Positions 37,430-46,215 of a stretch of 64,000 nt of DNA are shown one piece after another. The notes below the pieces were generated by a model. That model had not been told where the DNA came from, did not search any database, and saw nothing but the letters and a program-made list of their open reading frames with translations. Source of the stretch: an uncultured Acidobacteriaceae bacterium (GTDB taxonomy: Bacteria > Acidobacteriota > Terriglobia > Terriglobales > Acidobacteriaceae). A program made the position numbers and the translations under genes. Position 1 is the first letter of the stretch. Every line of letters begins with the position of its first letter. The DNA lies in NCBI GenBank assembly GCA_963838345.1, contig CAWIQU010000008.1, positions 442,305 through 506,304 of the forward strand. The letters are read 5' to 3'.

Positions 37430-39741
37430 GCGGTGGCCTCGCTGAAAATCGGGCCAGCGAGGGCGGGGTTGAGAGACTCGGTGCCCGCGTTGGGAAAGCT
37501 CGCCATGCGCTCGAAGATGTCTTCGGGCAGGAGGGGGATCTCGGTGAAGGCGATGCCGATGGCGTGTTCGATGGCGTTGAGAATAGCGGGGGCGGGGCCG
37601 TCCATGGGGAGTTCGCCAATGCCCTTGGCTCCGAAGGCACCCTGGGGCGATGGCACCTCTTCGAAGGTCACGTGGATGGGCGGGAGGTCGGCGCTGGTGG
37701 GCATGATGTAGTTGGTCATCTGGTTGTTCGCCAGGTGGCCGTTACGCCAGAGGCACTTCTCGTAGAGGGCGTAGCCGATGCCTTGCGCGACGCCGCCTTC
37801 GATCTGGCCAGCGGCGAGGATGGGGTGGAGGACCTTGCCGACCTCCTGCAGGGCGTGGAAGTTGGTGACGCTGGCGGAGTAGGTGGTGGTATCGACGGCG
37901 ACTTCGGCGACGTAGACGGCCCAGGCGTAGGCGGGATAGGCTTCGCCGCTGTAGGTTTCGTCGTCCCAGAAGATGTTGCCGGGGGACTCGTAGCGGACGC
38001 AGGCTTCCAGGTTGCCGACCTCTTCACCGTAGCGAATGGCGGCTTTCTTGAAGTCAGCCGGAGTATGCGGAGTCGGAAGGTTCGCGTTATCGCGCAACTT
38101 CTCGAGTATTTGTATAGAGGCACGTTCGACCAACTTGCCAACAACCATAGCTGTGCGGCTGGCTACGGTTGGTCCCGAGTTGGGGACGAGATGGGTATCG
38201 GGCTGGGCGATGCTGATGCCTTCATAAGGTAAGCCGAGGGTTTGTGCGGCGACTTGGCAAAGAATGGTGTTGGTGCCTTGGCCGAACTCGGTTGACGAGA
38301 CGAGAATACGAGGGCGGCCCGTTTGTAGGTCTACATCGATTGCGACTTCTGAGTTAAGGCGACGTTCGCCAGAGCCGGTGAAGCCTGCGCCGTGGAAGAA
38401 GGTGGCGAAGCCGATACCGCACTTGATGGTGCTGGTCGTGTTTTCGCGATCGAACTGCTCGCGCTTGGCGTGGTAGTTGGACTCTTCGAGCGCGCGAGTG
38501 AGCAGATGCTGCATGTCCACGGGGTCGCTGAGGAGCTGGCCGGTGGCGGTGCGGTCGCCGGTGGTGAGGAAGTTGCGGCGGCGGAACTCGTCAGGGGTTA
38601 GACCGACGACTTTCGCGATCTTATCCATGTGGCGTTCGAGGGCGAAGATGCTTTGCGGTGCGCCGAATCCACGGAAGGCTCCGTGGGGCGGAATATTTGT
38701 TGCCATCGCTTTTGCGCGGACTGTTATGTAGGGCCAGTGATAGGGGCCCGGGGCGTGGATGGTGCCGCGGGAGAGGACTACCGGCGAGAGGGTGGCGTAG
38801 GCTCCGCCGTCGATGGCGAAATCGATCTCGCCGGCGAGGAGTTTGCCGTCCTTTGACACTGCAGTGCGATGGCGAGTGCGGCTGGGATGGCGCTTGGTGG
38901 TGGCAGCCATGTCTTCTGCGCGGTCGTAGCAGATCTTTACGGGGTGGCCAGACTTCATGGCGAGCAATGCTGCGTGGCTGCCGATGACGCTGGGGAAGTC
39001 TTCCTTGCCGCCGAAGGCTCCGCCGGTTTCGGTCTGGATGACGCGGCACTTTTCGGCGGGGAAGTTGAAGACGAGTTCGAGGGCGTGGACCAAGTAGAAG
39101 GGACATTGCATCGAGCCGCGGACGGTTACGCCGGATTCGGGATCATATTCGGCGATTACTCCGTTGTTTTCGATGTAGAGCTGCTCCTGGGCTCCGGTGC
39201 GGTATTCGCCTTCGACGATGAAGTCGGCGGTTTGCCAGAGCTCGTCGGGAATTGGCGTCTGGTTCTTTTGCATCAGGTAGGTCTTGAAGGTGTTGGCATG
39301 GTCGCCTTCGCCCCAGATTATTTGTTCTTTTTTCTCGGACTCCTCGATGGTGTAGATGGCGGGGAGTTCCTCGTAGGTGATGTGGACGGCGGCGACGGCA
39401 GCGGGGAGCACGGCGCGGTCTGGGTGGGCGAGGAGGAGGATGGGCTCTTCGGCGTGGTTGACGTGGCTGGAGGCCAGGCAGGGGTGGTCCTTGGTGAGGT
39501 GGACGATGGTGTTCTCACCCGGGATGTCGGCGGCGGTGACGATGGTGAACTCGTGCCAGGGGATGGCAGGGTCGAAGGTGATGGAGGTGATGCGACCGCG
39601 TGGGATGGTGCTGCGGACGGTCGCGCCGAACCACATGCCGGGGAGGGAGATGTCGTCGACGTACTGGGCGCGGCCGAGCACCTTGGCTTTTCCCTCTTTG
39701 CGGAGGGGCGATTGGCCGACGATTTGGGCGGTTTTGGCCAT
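37426..39741 (-). CDS. Xanthine dehydrogenase family molybdopterin-binding subunit
   Basis: KVLGRAQYVDD, GGAFGGKE, AFRGFGAPQ, GQG, GQIEGGVAQGIG and KGIGE motifs. Confidence 0.92.
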   Translation of the reverse strand: MAKTAQIVGQSPLRKEGKAKVLGRAQYVDDISLPGMWFGATVRSTIPRGRITSITFDPAIPWHEFTIVTAADIPGENTIVHLTKDHPCLASSHVNHAEEPILLLAHPDRAVLPAAVAAVHITYEELPAIYTIEESEKKEQIIWGEGDHANTFKTYLMQKNQTPIPDELWQTADFIVEGEYRTGAQEQLYIENNGVIAEYDPESGVTVRGSMQCPFYLVHALELVFNFPAEKCRVIQTETGGAFGGKEDFPSVIGSHAALLAMKSGHPVKICYDRAEDMAATTKRHPSRTRHRTAVSKDGKLLAGEIDFAIDGGAYATLSPVVLSRGTIHAPGPYHWPYITVRAKAMATNIPPHGAFRGFGAPQSIFALERHMDKIAKVVGLTPDEFRRRNFLTTGDRTATGQLLSDPVDMQHLLTRALEESNYHAKREQFDRENTTSTIKCGIGFATFFHGAGFTGSGERRLNSEVAIDVDLQTGRPRILVSSTEFGQGTNTILCQVAAQTLGLPYEGISIAQPDTHLVPNSGPTVASRTAMVVGKLVERASIQILEKLRDNANLPTPHTPADFKKAAIRYGEEVGNLEACVRYESPGNIFWDDETYSGEAYPAYAWAVYVAEVAVDTTTYSASVTNFHALQEVGKVLHPILAAGQIEGGVAQGIGYALYEKCLWRNGHLANNQMTNYIMPTSADLPPIHVTFEEVPSPQGAFGAKGIGELPMDGPAPAILNAIEHAIGIAFTEIPLLPEDIFERMASFPNAGTESLNPALAGPIFSEATA

Positions 39742-39904
39742 GGGGTAGGGTAAAGAATAGAACGAAAAGCCGCTCGGCGCGAAGTATTGATGTAGTTGAC
39801 GTTCGCTGAAGGGTTTTCGCGTGCGGTTGTCTTCGGGCTGGGCTCTTCCGTGGCTTGCTTTCCGTTCATCATCTTCTCGATCCTCCTTTTAGGCATGTCG
39901 TTAG

Positions 39905-40620
39905 AGGGGGTCCCCCCTTCCCCCGCGGGGGTATTTTGCATGTAAGATATTTGGATTCAATGGGTTGCAGGGGGATTGCGTCTGTAAAATATTCATAACA
40001 AACGGTTTGTTCGCAAAATATCTATTATCAATAAGTTAGCCCCGGAGGGTATCCGGGGCTCGCTTGTTTTCGATCTATATATTCAGTATAGCGGTCGGAG
40101 CGGAACTAAAATGCCACGCGGATGTTGCTGTTGAGTAATGGGTTAGGTGGTTTAGGGGCTTGACATGCGATTTTTGGGCGCAAAATGACAAAAGAAAAAT
40201 AACTGCAACTGCAACAGCAATAGAATGAGTCGCTTCGGCCTTTGGGCTTCGCTCCAGCCTTCGGCAGATCGGTGGCCGCTGCTCGGCTTAGCTTTGGCGC
40301 GGGGCTGAAGCCCCCGCTCTAATCCCAAGGGTAAGTAATCAAGAACAAGAACAAGAACAAGAACAAAAGCAAAATGCGGGGGTTCTTCGCTTCGCTCAGA
40401 ATGACAAGCAAAAAAGTCGCTCAGTCAGAATGACAGGCAAGAAAGAAGAAGAGGCAAAGAGAGAGGGCAGGGGCGTTTTGGATGGTCGCGCAATCGCTCA
40501 TTCCACCCGTCGCATGCGCTCATTACCACCATCGCAGAGTACGCAATGGATGGGGCGCCCGCATTGTTTGTTGCGCGACAAATAAGGGCAAGTGCAAGGT
40601 GGAAGGGCACATTCCCCTTC
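39905..40620. repeat. Mosaic intergenic region of short repeats, hairpins and REP-like elements
   Basis: G/C-run block 39906-39931; three 26-27-bp imperfect direct repeats; 9-bp hairpin 40038-40060; GGGGCTGAAGCCCC; (CAAGAA)4; two TCAGAATGACA copies; CCATCGC...GCAATGG hairpin. Confidence 0.75.
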
Positions 40621-40638
40621 CACACCTGCGGTCCATCA

Positions 40639-42375
40639 TCATCTTGACCGTTTTACCGGTGTGCGGCTCTTTCGCGGACGGCGTTGGTGCGAACTTTTCC
40701 TCTTCGTGCTGGCGGAACTGCCTGGGTTGACCACGGCAATCAGCTTTGTGCCGATGGGTGAGCCGAGGCCGGTGCAGGCGTCCCAGCCGGGGCCGGCTTT
40801 GAAGCCTACGGGAGTGCCGACGTAGTTGGTGCCGGATGTGATGTCGTTGAAGGCGGCTTTGCCTTTGGCGGCATAGATGGCGGGTTGGATGAAGCCGGCG
40901 GACTTGCCGTTCTGCGCGTTGGCGACGGCGATGAGGCCTGCCCATAAGGGCGCGACTGCGCTGGTTCCGCCGATGACCATGTTTTTGCCGTCGACGCGGA
41001 CGGCATAGCCGGTGGTGGGGTCGGCATCGCCGCATACGTCGGGAACGCCGCGGCCGCCGCCTGCAGTGGTGGGCTTGGGCACGCCGGCGCTGGACTGCCA
41101 GGAGGGCAGAGGGAAGACGTTGCTAACGCCGCCGCCGGTTGCGCCTTCGTTGTTGGCGAGTTCGTTCCAGACGACCTCGGAGGTGATTGTAGAGCCGCTG
41201 CCGACGAGTTTGGTTCCACCGCAGGCGAGGACGTGAGGACTGGAGGCGGGGAAGTCGACGTGATTTTGACCGCCTGTGAGGCCGTCGGTAGAACCGTCGT
41301 CGCCGGCGGCGACGGTGATAGTGATGCCGAGAGCTGCAGCGGATTGGCAAGCGGCGTCGAGAGCCGTCGTGGACTGCGCGGTCCAGTTGGCTTCAGGGCC
41401 TCCCCAGCTGATGGAGATGACGCTGGGTTTGTTTTTAGTGTCGTGGACTGCGGTGGCGATTGCATCGATGAAGCCCTGGTCGGTGTTGGGGGTGAAGTAG
41501 ACGACGATGTTGGCACCGGGTGCGACGGATGAGGCGACTTCGATGTCGAGCATGACTTCACCGTCGGCGCTGTTGGCATTGGTAGGGGCGTTCTTGCCGC
41601 CGTCGACGAGGACTGCGGAGATGTTGGGCGCCTTCCGGCCGAGGGTCTTGAAGTAGGCGGTGAGATCTGCGGTCTTGTATCCGCCGCCGAGTTCGATGAT
41701 GCCTATGGTCTGTCCTGCTGCCGACGCGTTGGCGGGGAACTGGTAGAGCGCTGCAACCTGCGGTGGAGTATAAGAGGCGTTTGCGCTGCCGGCGTGGGGT
41801 TCGGCGAAGCCGCTGCCCTGGGCGAGTTTGGCGCTGATGTCTCCGGACTCGCCGAAGACACGAAAGTGGGGGTGTGCCTGCGGGCGGTTGTCGAGACCGA
41901 GGACGGCCTGGACAGGGCCAACGAGTTCGCTGGGCAAAGTGATGCTGCCTTCGCGGACGCGGTACGTTGTGTTGTCGTGGGTTTTGTGAACGAGCGTAAC
42001 GCCGAAGGCCTTCTGCATGGCAGCGATGGTGCCGGTGAGCTTGATGGTGCGGCGTTCGGGGCCGGGAGTGTCGGGCGCGACGGTGAGGCCGAACTCTTTG
42101 GCGAAGGCGCGGACGAGCTTGACGGCGTCAGGGTCCGCTCCGTGGCTCTGGCGGTACTGGGCGTGGGTGAGACGCTCTTTGCCGGTGCGGTTGGCGACCT
42201 TGAGTGGGCTCTTGCGACGGACGACGACTGAGACGGTGATCTTCGTGCCCGATGGCGCGGGCTTTTCGGCGGCGGTCTGAACGAAGGGAGCTTTTTCGCT
42301 GCCCGGCAGAACGGTGCGGGGTGAAGCGATGAGGTGCGGAGCGGATTTCTTTGCGGATTTCTTTTTTGCAGCCAT
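40639..42375 (-). CDS. S53 family (sedolisin/kumamolisin-like) peptidase with prodomain
   Basis: Prodomain LGLDNRPQA; EVMLDIE, ISISWG, AAGDDG, DFPASSP, GGTSAVAPLW and GWDACTGLGSP motifs. Confidence 0.92.
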   Translation of the reverse strand: MAAKKKSAKKSAPHLIASPRTVLPGSEKAPFVQTAAEKPAPSGTKITVSVVVRRKSPLKVANRTGKERLTHAQYRQSHGADPDAVKLVRAFAKEFGLTVAPDTPGPERRTIKLTGTIAAMQKAFGVTLVHKTHDNTTYRVREGSITLPSELVGPVQAVLGLDNRPQAHPHFRVFGESGDISAKLAQGSGFAEPHAGSANASYTPPQVAALYQFPANASAAGQTIGIIELGGGYKTADLTAYFKTLGRKAPNISAVLVDGGKNAPTNANSADGEVMLDIEVASSVAPGANIVVYFTPNTDQGFIDAIATAVHDTKNKPSVISISWGGPEANWTAQSTTALDAACQSAAALGITITVAAGDDGSTDGLTGGQNHVDFPASSPHVLACGGTKLVGSGSTITSEVVWNELANNEGATGGGVSNVFPLPSWQSSAGVPKPTTAGGGRGVPDVCGDADPTTGYAVRVDGKNMVIGGTSAVAPLWAGLIAVANAQNGKSAGFIQPAIYAAKGKAAFNDITSGTNYVGTPVGFKAGPGWDACTGLGSPIGTKLIAVVNPGSSASTKRKSSHQRRPRKSRTPVKRSR

Positions 42376-42607
42376 GAGGAGTCCTCCAAATTTGGGGATG
42401 AATTTTGAAGAGGGCCTTGCGCGCGGAGCGCGACTTGCGAGAGACCATACTATGCCAATAGTGAAGAAGGAGGCGAATTCGTCTCAAATATTTCTGAGAC
42501 GTGAGGTAAGGGATCACTGGGATAGACTGGCATCACTTTTTTGTGGGGTGCAGGTCGTGAGCTAAATCTTCGCTTGCGACCCGAAGCTGGATACGAGAGG
42601 ACGATGC

Positions 42608-43936
42608 ATGCAGGTTTCAACGTCGGTTGGTTCGGGTGTTACTTCACACGATGGCAAAAAGCATTCCGTATTTCCTGAGGGTCATCTGTTGCCGTTTGTG
42701 TTCGTGACGGTGCTGTTTTTTCTTTGGGGAATGTCGAACAATCTGACGGACATTCTGGTGCAGCAGTTCAGGAAGTCGTTCGAGCTATCGCAGTTTGGCG
42801 CGCAATTGGTGCAGACCGCGAATTTTTTTGGCTACTTCTGCATGGCGATTCCTGCAGCCCTGCTCATGCGCAGATGGGGATACAAGGCCGGAATGGTGAC
42901 CGGACTAGTGATGTTTGGGGCAGGGATGGTGCTTTTCTGGCCAGCGGCCGTAAGCGGGCAATACGGCCTGTTCTTGATGGCGCTGTTTACAGTAGGCTGC
43001 GGCGCTTCGATTCTCGAGACGGCGGCTAACCCCTTCATTGCGCAGTTTGGCGATCCAGCGACGTCGGAGCAGAGGCTGAATTTTTCGCAGTCGTTCAATC
43101 CTCCGGGGACGATTACCGGAGTGTTGATCGGTACGTACTTCATCTTTTCGGGCGTGGAGAAGAACCAGGTCGAGGTGGCCGCTATGAAGGCGGCGGGGAC
43201 CTACCAGGCTTATCTGCATACCGAGATCATGCGGGTTGTTCCGACTTATCTCACGTTCGGTGCGGTAGTGCTGCTGTGTGCTGTTGTCCTTTCACGGACG
43301 AAGTTTCCGGTGATGCAGTCGGAGCATGAGGGCGCCGGCGAGAACCATGGAAGCTTTGCGGAGCTGCTGCGGATTCCGGCGATATGGATTGCTGTGGCGG
43401 CGAACTTCTGCAACGTGGGGGCACAGATATCTTCGTGGAGCAGTTTGATCCCTTATATGAAGCAGTACACGATGGTGAGCGAACGGACAGCGGCTCATTA
43501 TCTGACCGGTGTGCTGATTGCGATGGGCATCGGGCGGTTTGTTTCGACTCCTCTGATGCGTTTCGTACGGCCGAGTTTGATGCTTGGGGCCTACGGCGTG
43601 GTGAACGCGCTGCTGATGCTGGTGACAGTGAGCAGGCCCGGAATTGTTGGTGCGTGGGCTGTGGTGGCGAGCGGGTTCTTCATCTCGATCATGTTTCCGA
43701 CCATCTTTGCGCTGGGCTTGAAGGGACTGGGGCGGAATACGAAGATCGGCGGTTCGCTGCTGGTGATGGCGATTGTTGGCGGTGCGATCTTTCCGCCGGT
43801 GCTTGGGTTGATTGCCAAGCATACGGGGAGTCTGGCGCTGGGATACCTGGTACCCACGGTTGGGTTTGTCGGGGTGGCGGTGTTCGGGTTTTATCAGGCT
43901 ACGCAGCGGTCTTTGCTCTCGGGGCCTGAATACTGA
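42608..43936 (+). CDS. fucP: L-fucose:H+ symporter (MFS, FucP family)
   Basis: LFFLWGMSNNLTDIL, LETAANP, RLNFSQSFNPPG, SIMFPTIF and MAIVGGA motifs. Confidence 0.88.
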   Translation: MQVSTSVGSGVTSHDGKKHSVFPEGHLLPFVFVTVLFFLWGMSNNLTDILVQQFRKSFELSQFGAQLVQTANFFGYFCMAIPAALLMRRWGYKAGMVTGLVMFGAGMVLFWPAAVSGQYGLFLMALFTVGCGASILETAANPFIAQFGDPATSEQRLNFSQSFNPPGTITGVLIGTYFIFSGVEKNQVEVAAMKAAGTYQAYLHTEIMRVVPTYLTFGAVVLLCAVVLSRTKFPVMQSEHEGAGENHGSFAELLRIPAIWIAVAANFCNVGAQISSWSSLIPYMKQYTMVSERTAAHYLTGVLIAMGIGRFVSTPLMRFVRPSLMLGAYGVVNALLMLVTVSRPGIVGAWAVVASGFFISIMFPTIFALGLKGLGRNTKIGGSLLVMAIVGGAIFPPVLGLIAKHTGSLALGYLVPTVGFVGVAVFGFYQATQRSLLSGPEY

Positions 43937-43953
43937 GCAGCTTCTCCTGACTC

Positions 43954-44688
43954 CTAAAAGTGACGCAGGGTCTCGGTGTGGGTTGGGGGCTTGTAGTCGG
44001 GGTCGCCGGGAATGGGGTCAAAGGTGGTGCTGCGCTCAAGGGAGCGGCTGACGATGTCGCGGGAGCCGAGGCCGACGGCGAGGGCTAGCGTCAGGACGAT
44101 GCCGCCGAACAGAATGCCAAAGGCGAGTTCGACGACGGCGCCACCGATCTGGAGGTGATCGAGCACCATGGCAGCGGTGAGGACGAGGACGAGCCACTTG
44201 ATGCCAAGGGAGAGGAAGCGCGCGTACTGGAGCTTGGCGTTGACGGCGCCGATGAGGACGGAGCGTTCGAGGAAGCGGGCGATGACGGTGCCAGCGATGA
44301 GAAGGAGGACGGCTCCGATGGAGTGGGTGAGGTAGGGGATGATGAAGGTCGAGATCTGCGCGTCGCCGGGGTAGGCGCCGTCGAAGGCGGAGATGCCGAT
44401 GAAGCAGCCGATGAGGACGCAAGCCCAGAAGACTACGCGGGCGATGAGCGCCGTGGGGCTGTTGGCGGGGGACCAGTCGGAGATGGGCGCGGTGGCGTTG
44501 CGGGCGAGGCGCTCGTCAAACTTGGCGGCGGTGAGGGTGCGGCGCAGAAGAGCGGCCAGGCCTGCTCCGATGGCGGTGAGGACGATGACGGCGAGCAGAA
44601 GGGCGACGAGGCCAGGGAGGAAGCTGGCGAGTTTGACGAGCACTCGGTGAGCGGATTGGCTAAGGGCGAGTTCGACTTGTTGCCACAT
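43954..44688 (-). CDS. TM-helix repeat membrane protein (CmpX / MscS N-terminal-like)
   Basis: FLPGLVALL...G...A.LLR..L....FDERL; LAFGILFGGIVLTLALAVGLG motif; no MscS cytoplasmic cage domain seen. Confidence 0.65.
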   Translation of the reverse strand: MWQQVELALSQSAHRVLVKLASFLPGLVALLLAVIVLTAIGAGLAALLRRTLTAAKFDERLARNATAPISDWSPANSPTALIARVVFWACVLIGCFIGISAFDGAYPGDAQISTFIIPYLTHSIGAVLLLIAGTVIARFLERSVLIGAVNAKLQYARFLSLGIKWLVLVLTAAMVLDHLQIGGAVVELAFGILFGGIVLTLALAVGLGSRDIVSRSLERSTTFDPIPGDPDYKPPTHTETLRHF

Positions 44689-44699
44689 GGTTGTTACCT

Positions 44700-44734
44700 C
44701 AGTTGTCAGTTCCCAGTTGTCAGTTCTCAGTTCC
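44700..44734. repeat. Heptamer tandem repeat (CAGTTNY)x5
   Basis: CAGTTGT CAGTTCC CAGTTGT CAGTTCT CAGTTCC, followed by degenerate NNGTTNN units. Confidence 0.8.
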
Positions 44735-44771
44735 GGTTATGAGTTGCGGGTTGTAAATCCTGAAGTGTCTT

Positions 44772-45968
44772 TCATGGGTTGAAGCGGTCTGGCCATCGCC
44801 AGCGGGATACGAGGTACGGTTTGTCGGTTTCGAAGGCGACAGCGACGTCCTGGATGTGCTTTTCGGGAGCGGTCCCGTTGCTGATGAGCGTGAGGTGCGA
44901 GGCGACCCAGGCGAGATAGAGCGGCGTGAGTGCGCCAAGAAGGTGTCCGCGATTGATGGTGCGGAGGCGGAAGGCGAGGATGAAGTCGTAGACGATGCGC
45001 GCCCAGAGATTGTCGGGCATGCGGAAGTTTTCGGGCTGCATCAGGGAGAGTTTCTTGAGGCCGAGGAGCGAGTTGGGCGGAAGGACGAGAGACCAGATCT
45101 CGTGGAGGTTGGTGTAGGCGAGACGGAAGGCGTCGAGCATTGAGGCGATGTCGGATGGCGGTTCGGCGACTGGGGTGGTTTGGGTGATGGACTGGGCGGT
45201 TTGGGTGCCGCGGGCGCGCTGCCAGAAGGCAGCTTTAGCGTCGACGTCGGCGAAGAGCGAGCCGGCGATGTGGGCCAGGAGCCCGTTGATGTCAGCTGAG
45301 ACTGGCTGAGGGAAGGTGCGGGGGCCGACCTCGACCTCGGAGATGCTGCAGTTAGCGGAGGCTGCTTCGCTAAGGGGCCAGAGGAGCCCGTCATTTTGGC
45401 CGGCGGCGGTGAAACGTTGTGCAGTGTTCGCTAGACGCTCCGCCATGCGGAGAGAGAAGCCGAGATCAATGGCGAGCGGGTAGCGGGGGCGGGTACTGAA
45501 GAGGGCGCGAGTGACGGGGTAGAGGATCGCGGAGTTGACCAGGCCTTCGTGGGGGCCGAGGTCGTAGTGAGCCAGGGTGAGGTCGCTGAGGAGTGCGGAT
45601 TTTGCGAGCGCGCGGATCGCCTCGGGATGGAGGGATTGGGCTTCGGGACCGAGGAGGACGCAGGCGGTGGCGTGGTTTTCCTGTGCGAGCTTGTAGGTGT
45701 TGAGGTAGTCGGCCGCAGTGAGCATCCAGGGGGTGGCTGAGACGGAAGTCAGGGTGTAGGAGATAAGGCGGAGGGGGCTTCCGGAGGAGGATTGCGGGGC
45801 AGCGTCTGGTGTGGCGACGAGAACGGTTTCGCCCGGGAAGGCTAGGGCGAGGTTACTGAGCGTAGCGTCGAAGGCCTCCTGCGGCAGGGGAACGAGGCTG
45901 ACGAGAAGGCCGCTCGTACCGGTCGAGGGGGCGGAGGTGAGGTCGACATTTGTTTGCGTGGAGGCCAT
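44772..45968 (-). CDS. Glucosylglycerate synthase-like glycosyltransferase homolog, apparently lacking the DxD motif
   Basis: C-terminal LWARIVYDF..A...LL.ALTPLYLAWVAS...FETDKPYLVSRW and HEGLVNSAILYPVTRALF resemble Ggs-type proteins; N-terminus degenerate. Confidence 0.5.
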   Translation of the reverse strand: MASTQTNVDLTSAPSTGTSGLLVSLVPLPQEAFDATLSNLALAFPGETVLVATPDAAPQSSSGSPLRLISYTLTSVSATPWMLTAADYLNTYKLAQENHATACVLLGPEAQSLHPEAIRALAKSALLSDLTLAHYDLGPHEGLVNSAILYPVTRALFSTRPRYPLAIDLGFSLRMAERLANTAQRFTAAGQNDGLLWPLSEAASANCSISEVEVGPRTFPQPVSADINGLLAHIAGSLFADVDAKAAFWQRARGTQTAQSITQTTPVAEPPSDIASMLDAFRLAYTNLHEIWSLVLPPNSLLGLKKLSLMQPENFRMPDNLWARIVYDFILAFRLRTINRGHLLGALTPLYLAWVASHLTLISNGTAPEKHIQDVAVAFETDKPYLVSRWRWPDRFNP

Positions 45969-46215
45969 CAGGCGATCTGGACTTTCTCTGTTCGGTTAGC
46001 GGTAGTTCAAATCTTCGTAAGTGGACGGCTCTTTTGTTTTGTGGGTGTCATGTGTTCGAGATTTTCATGCGTCGTATTCAAAGCCCATGCCGTTTTTAGC
46101 ACGCACAAAATGACTGTGATGTGCATCTTACGTATTTGAATCTGCTTAAGCAGATGCGTGTTCTTGTGTATGCGGTTGCTGGCAGGAGGAATGCAGTCGC
46201 GAAAGGCGAAGACCA

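Noticed and set aside
39860-39870. GATGAACGG matches at ~39862 (minus strand) and GACGAACCG at 60524 as extra LytTR boxes
   Set aside because: Neither has a partner half-site at 20 bp or the GGG prefix; they are plausibly chance matches.
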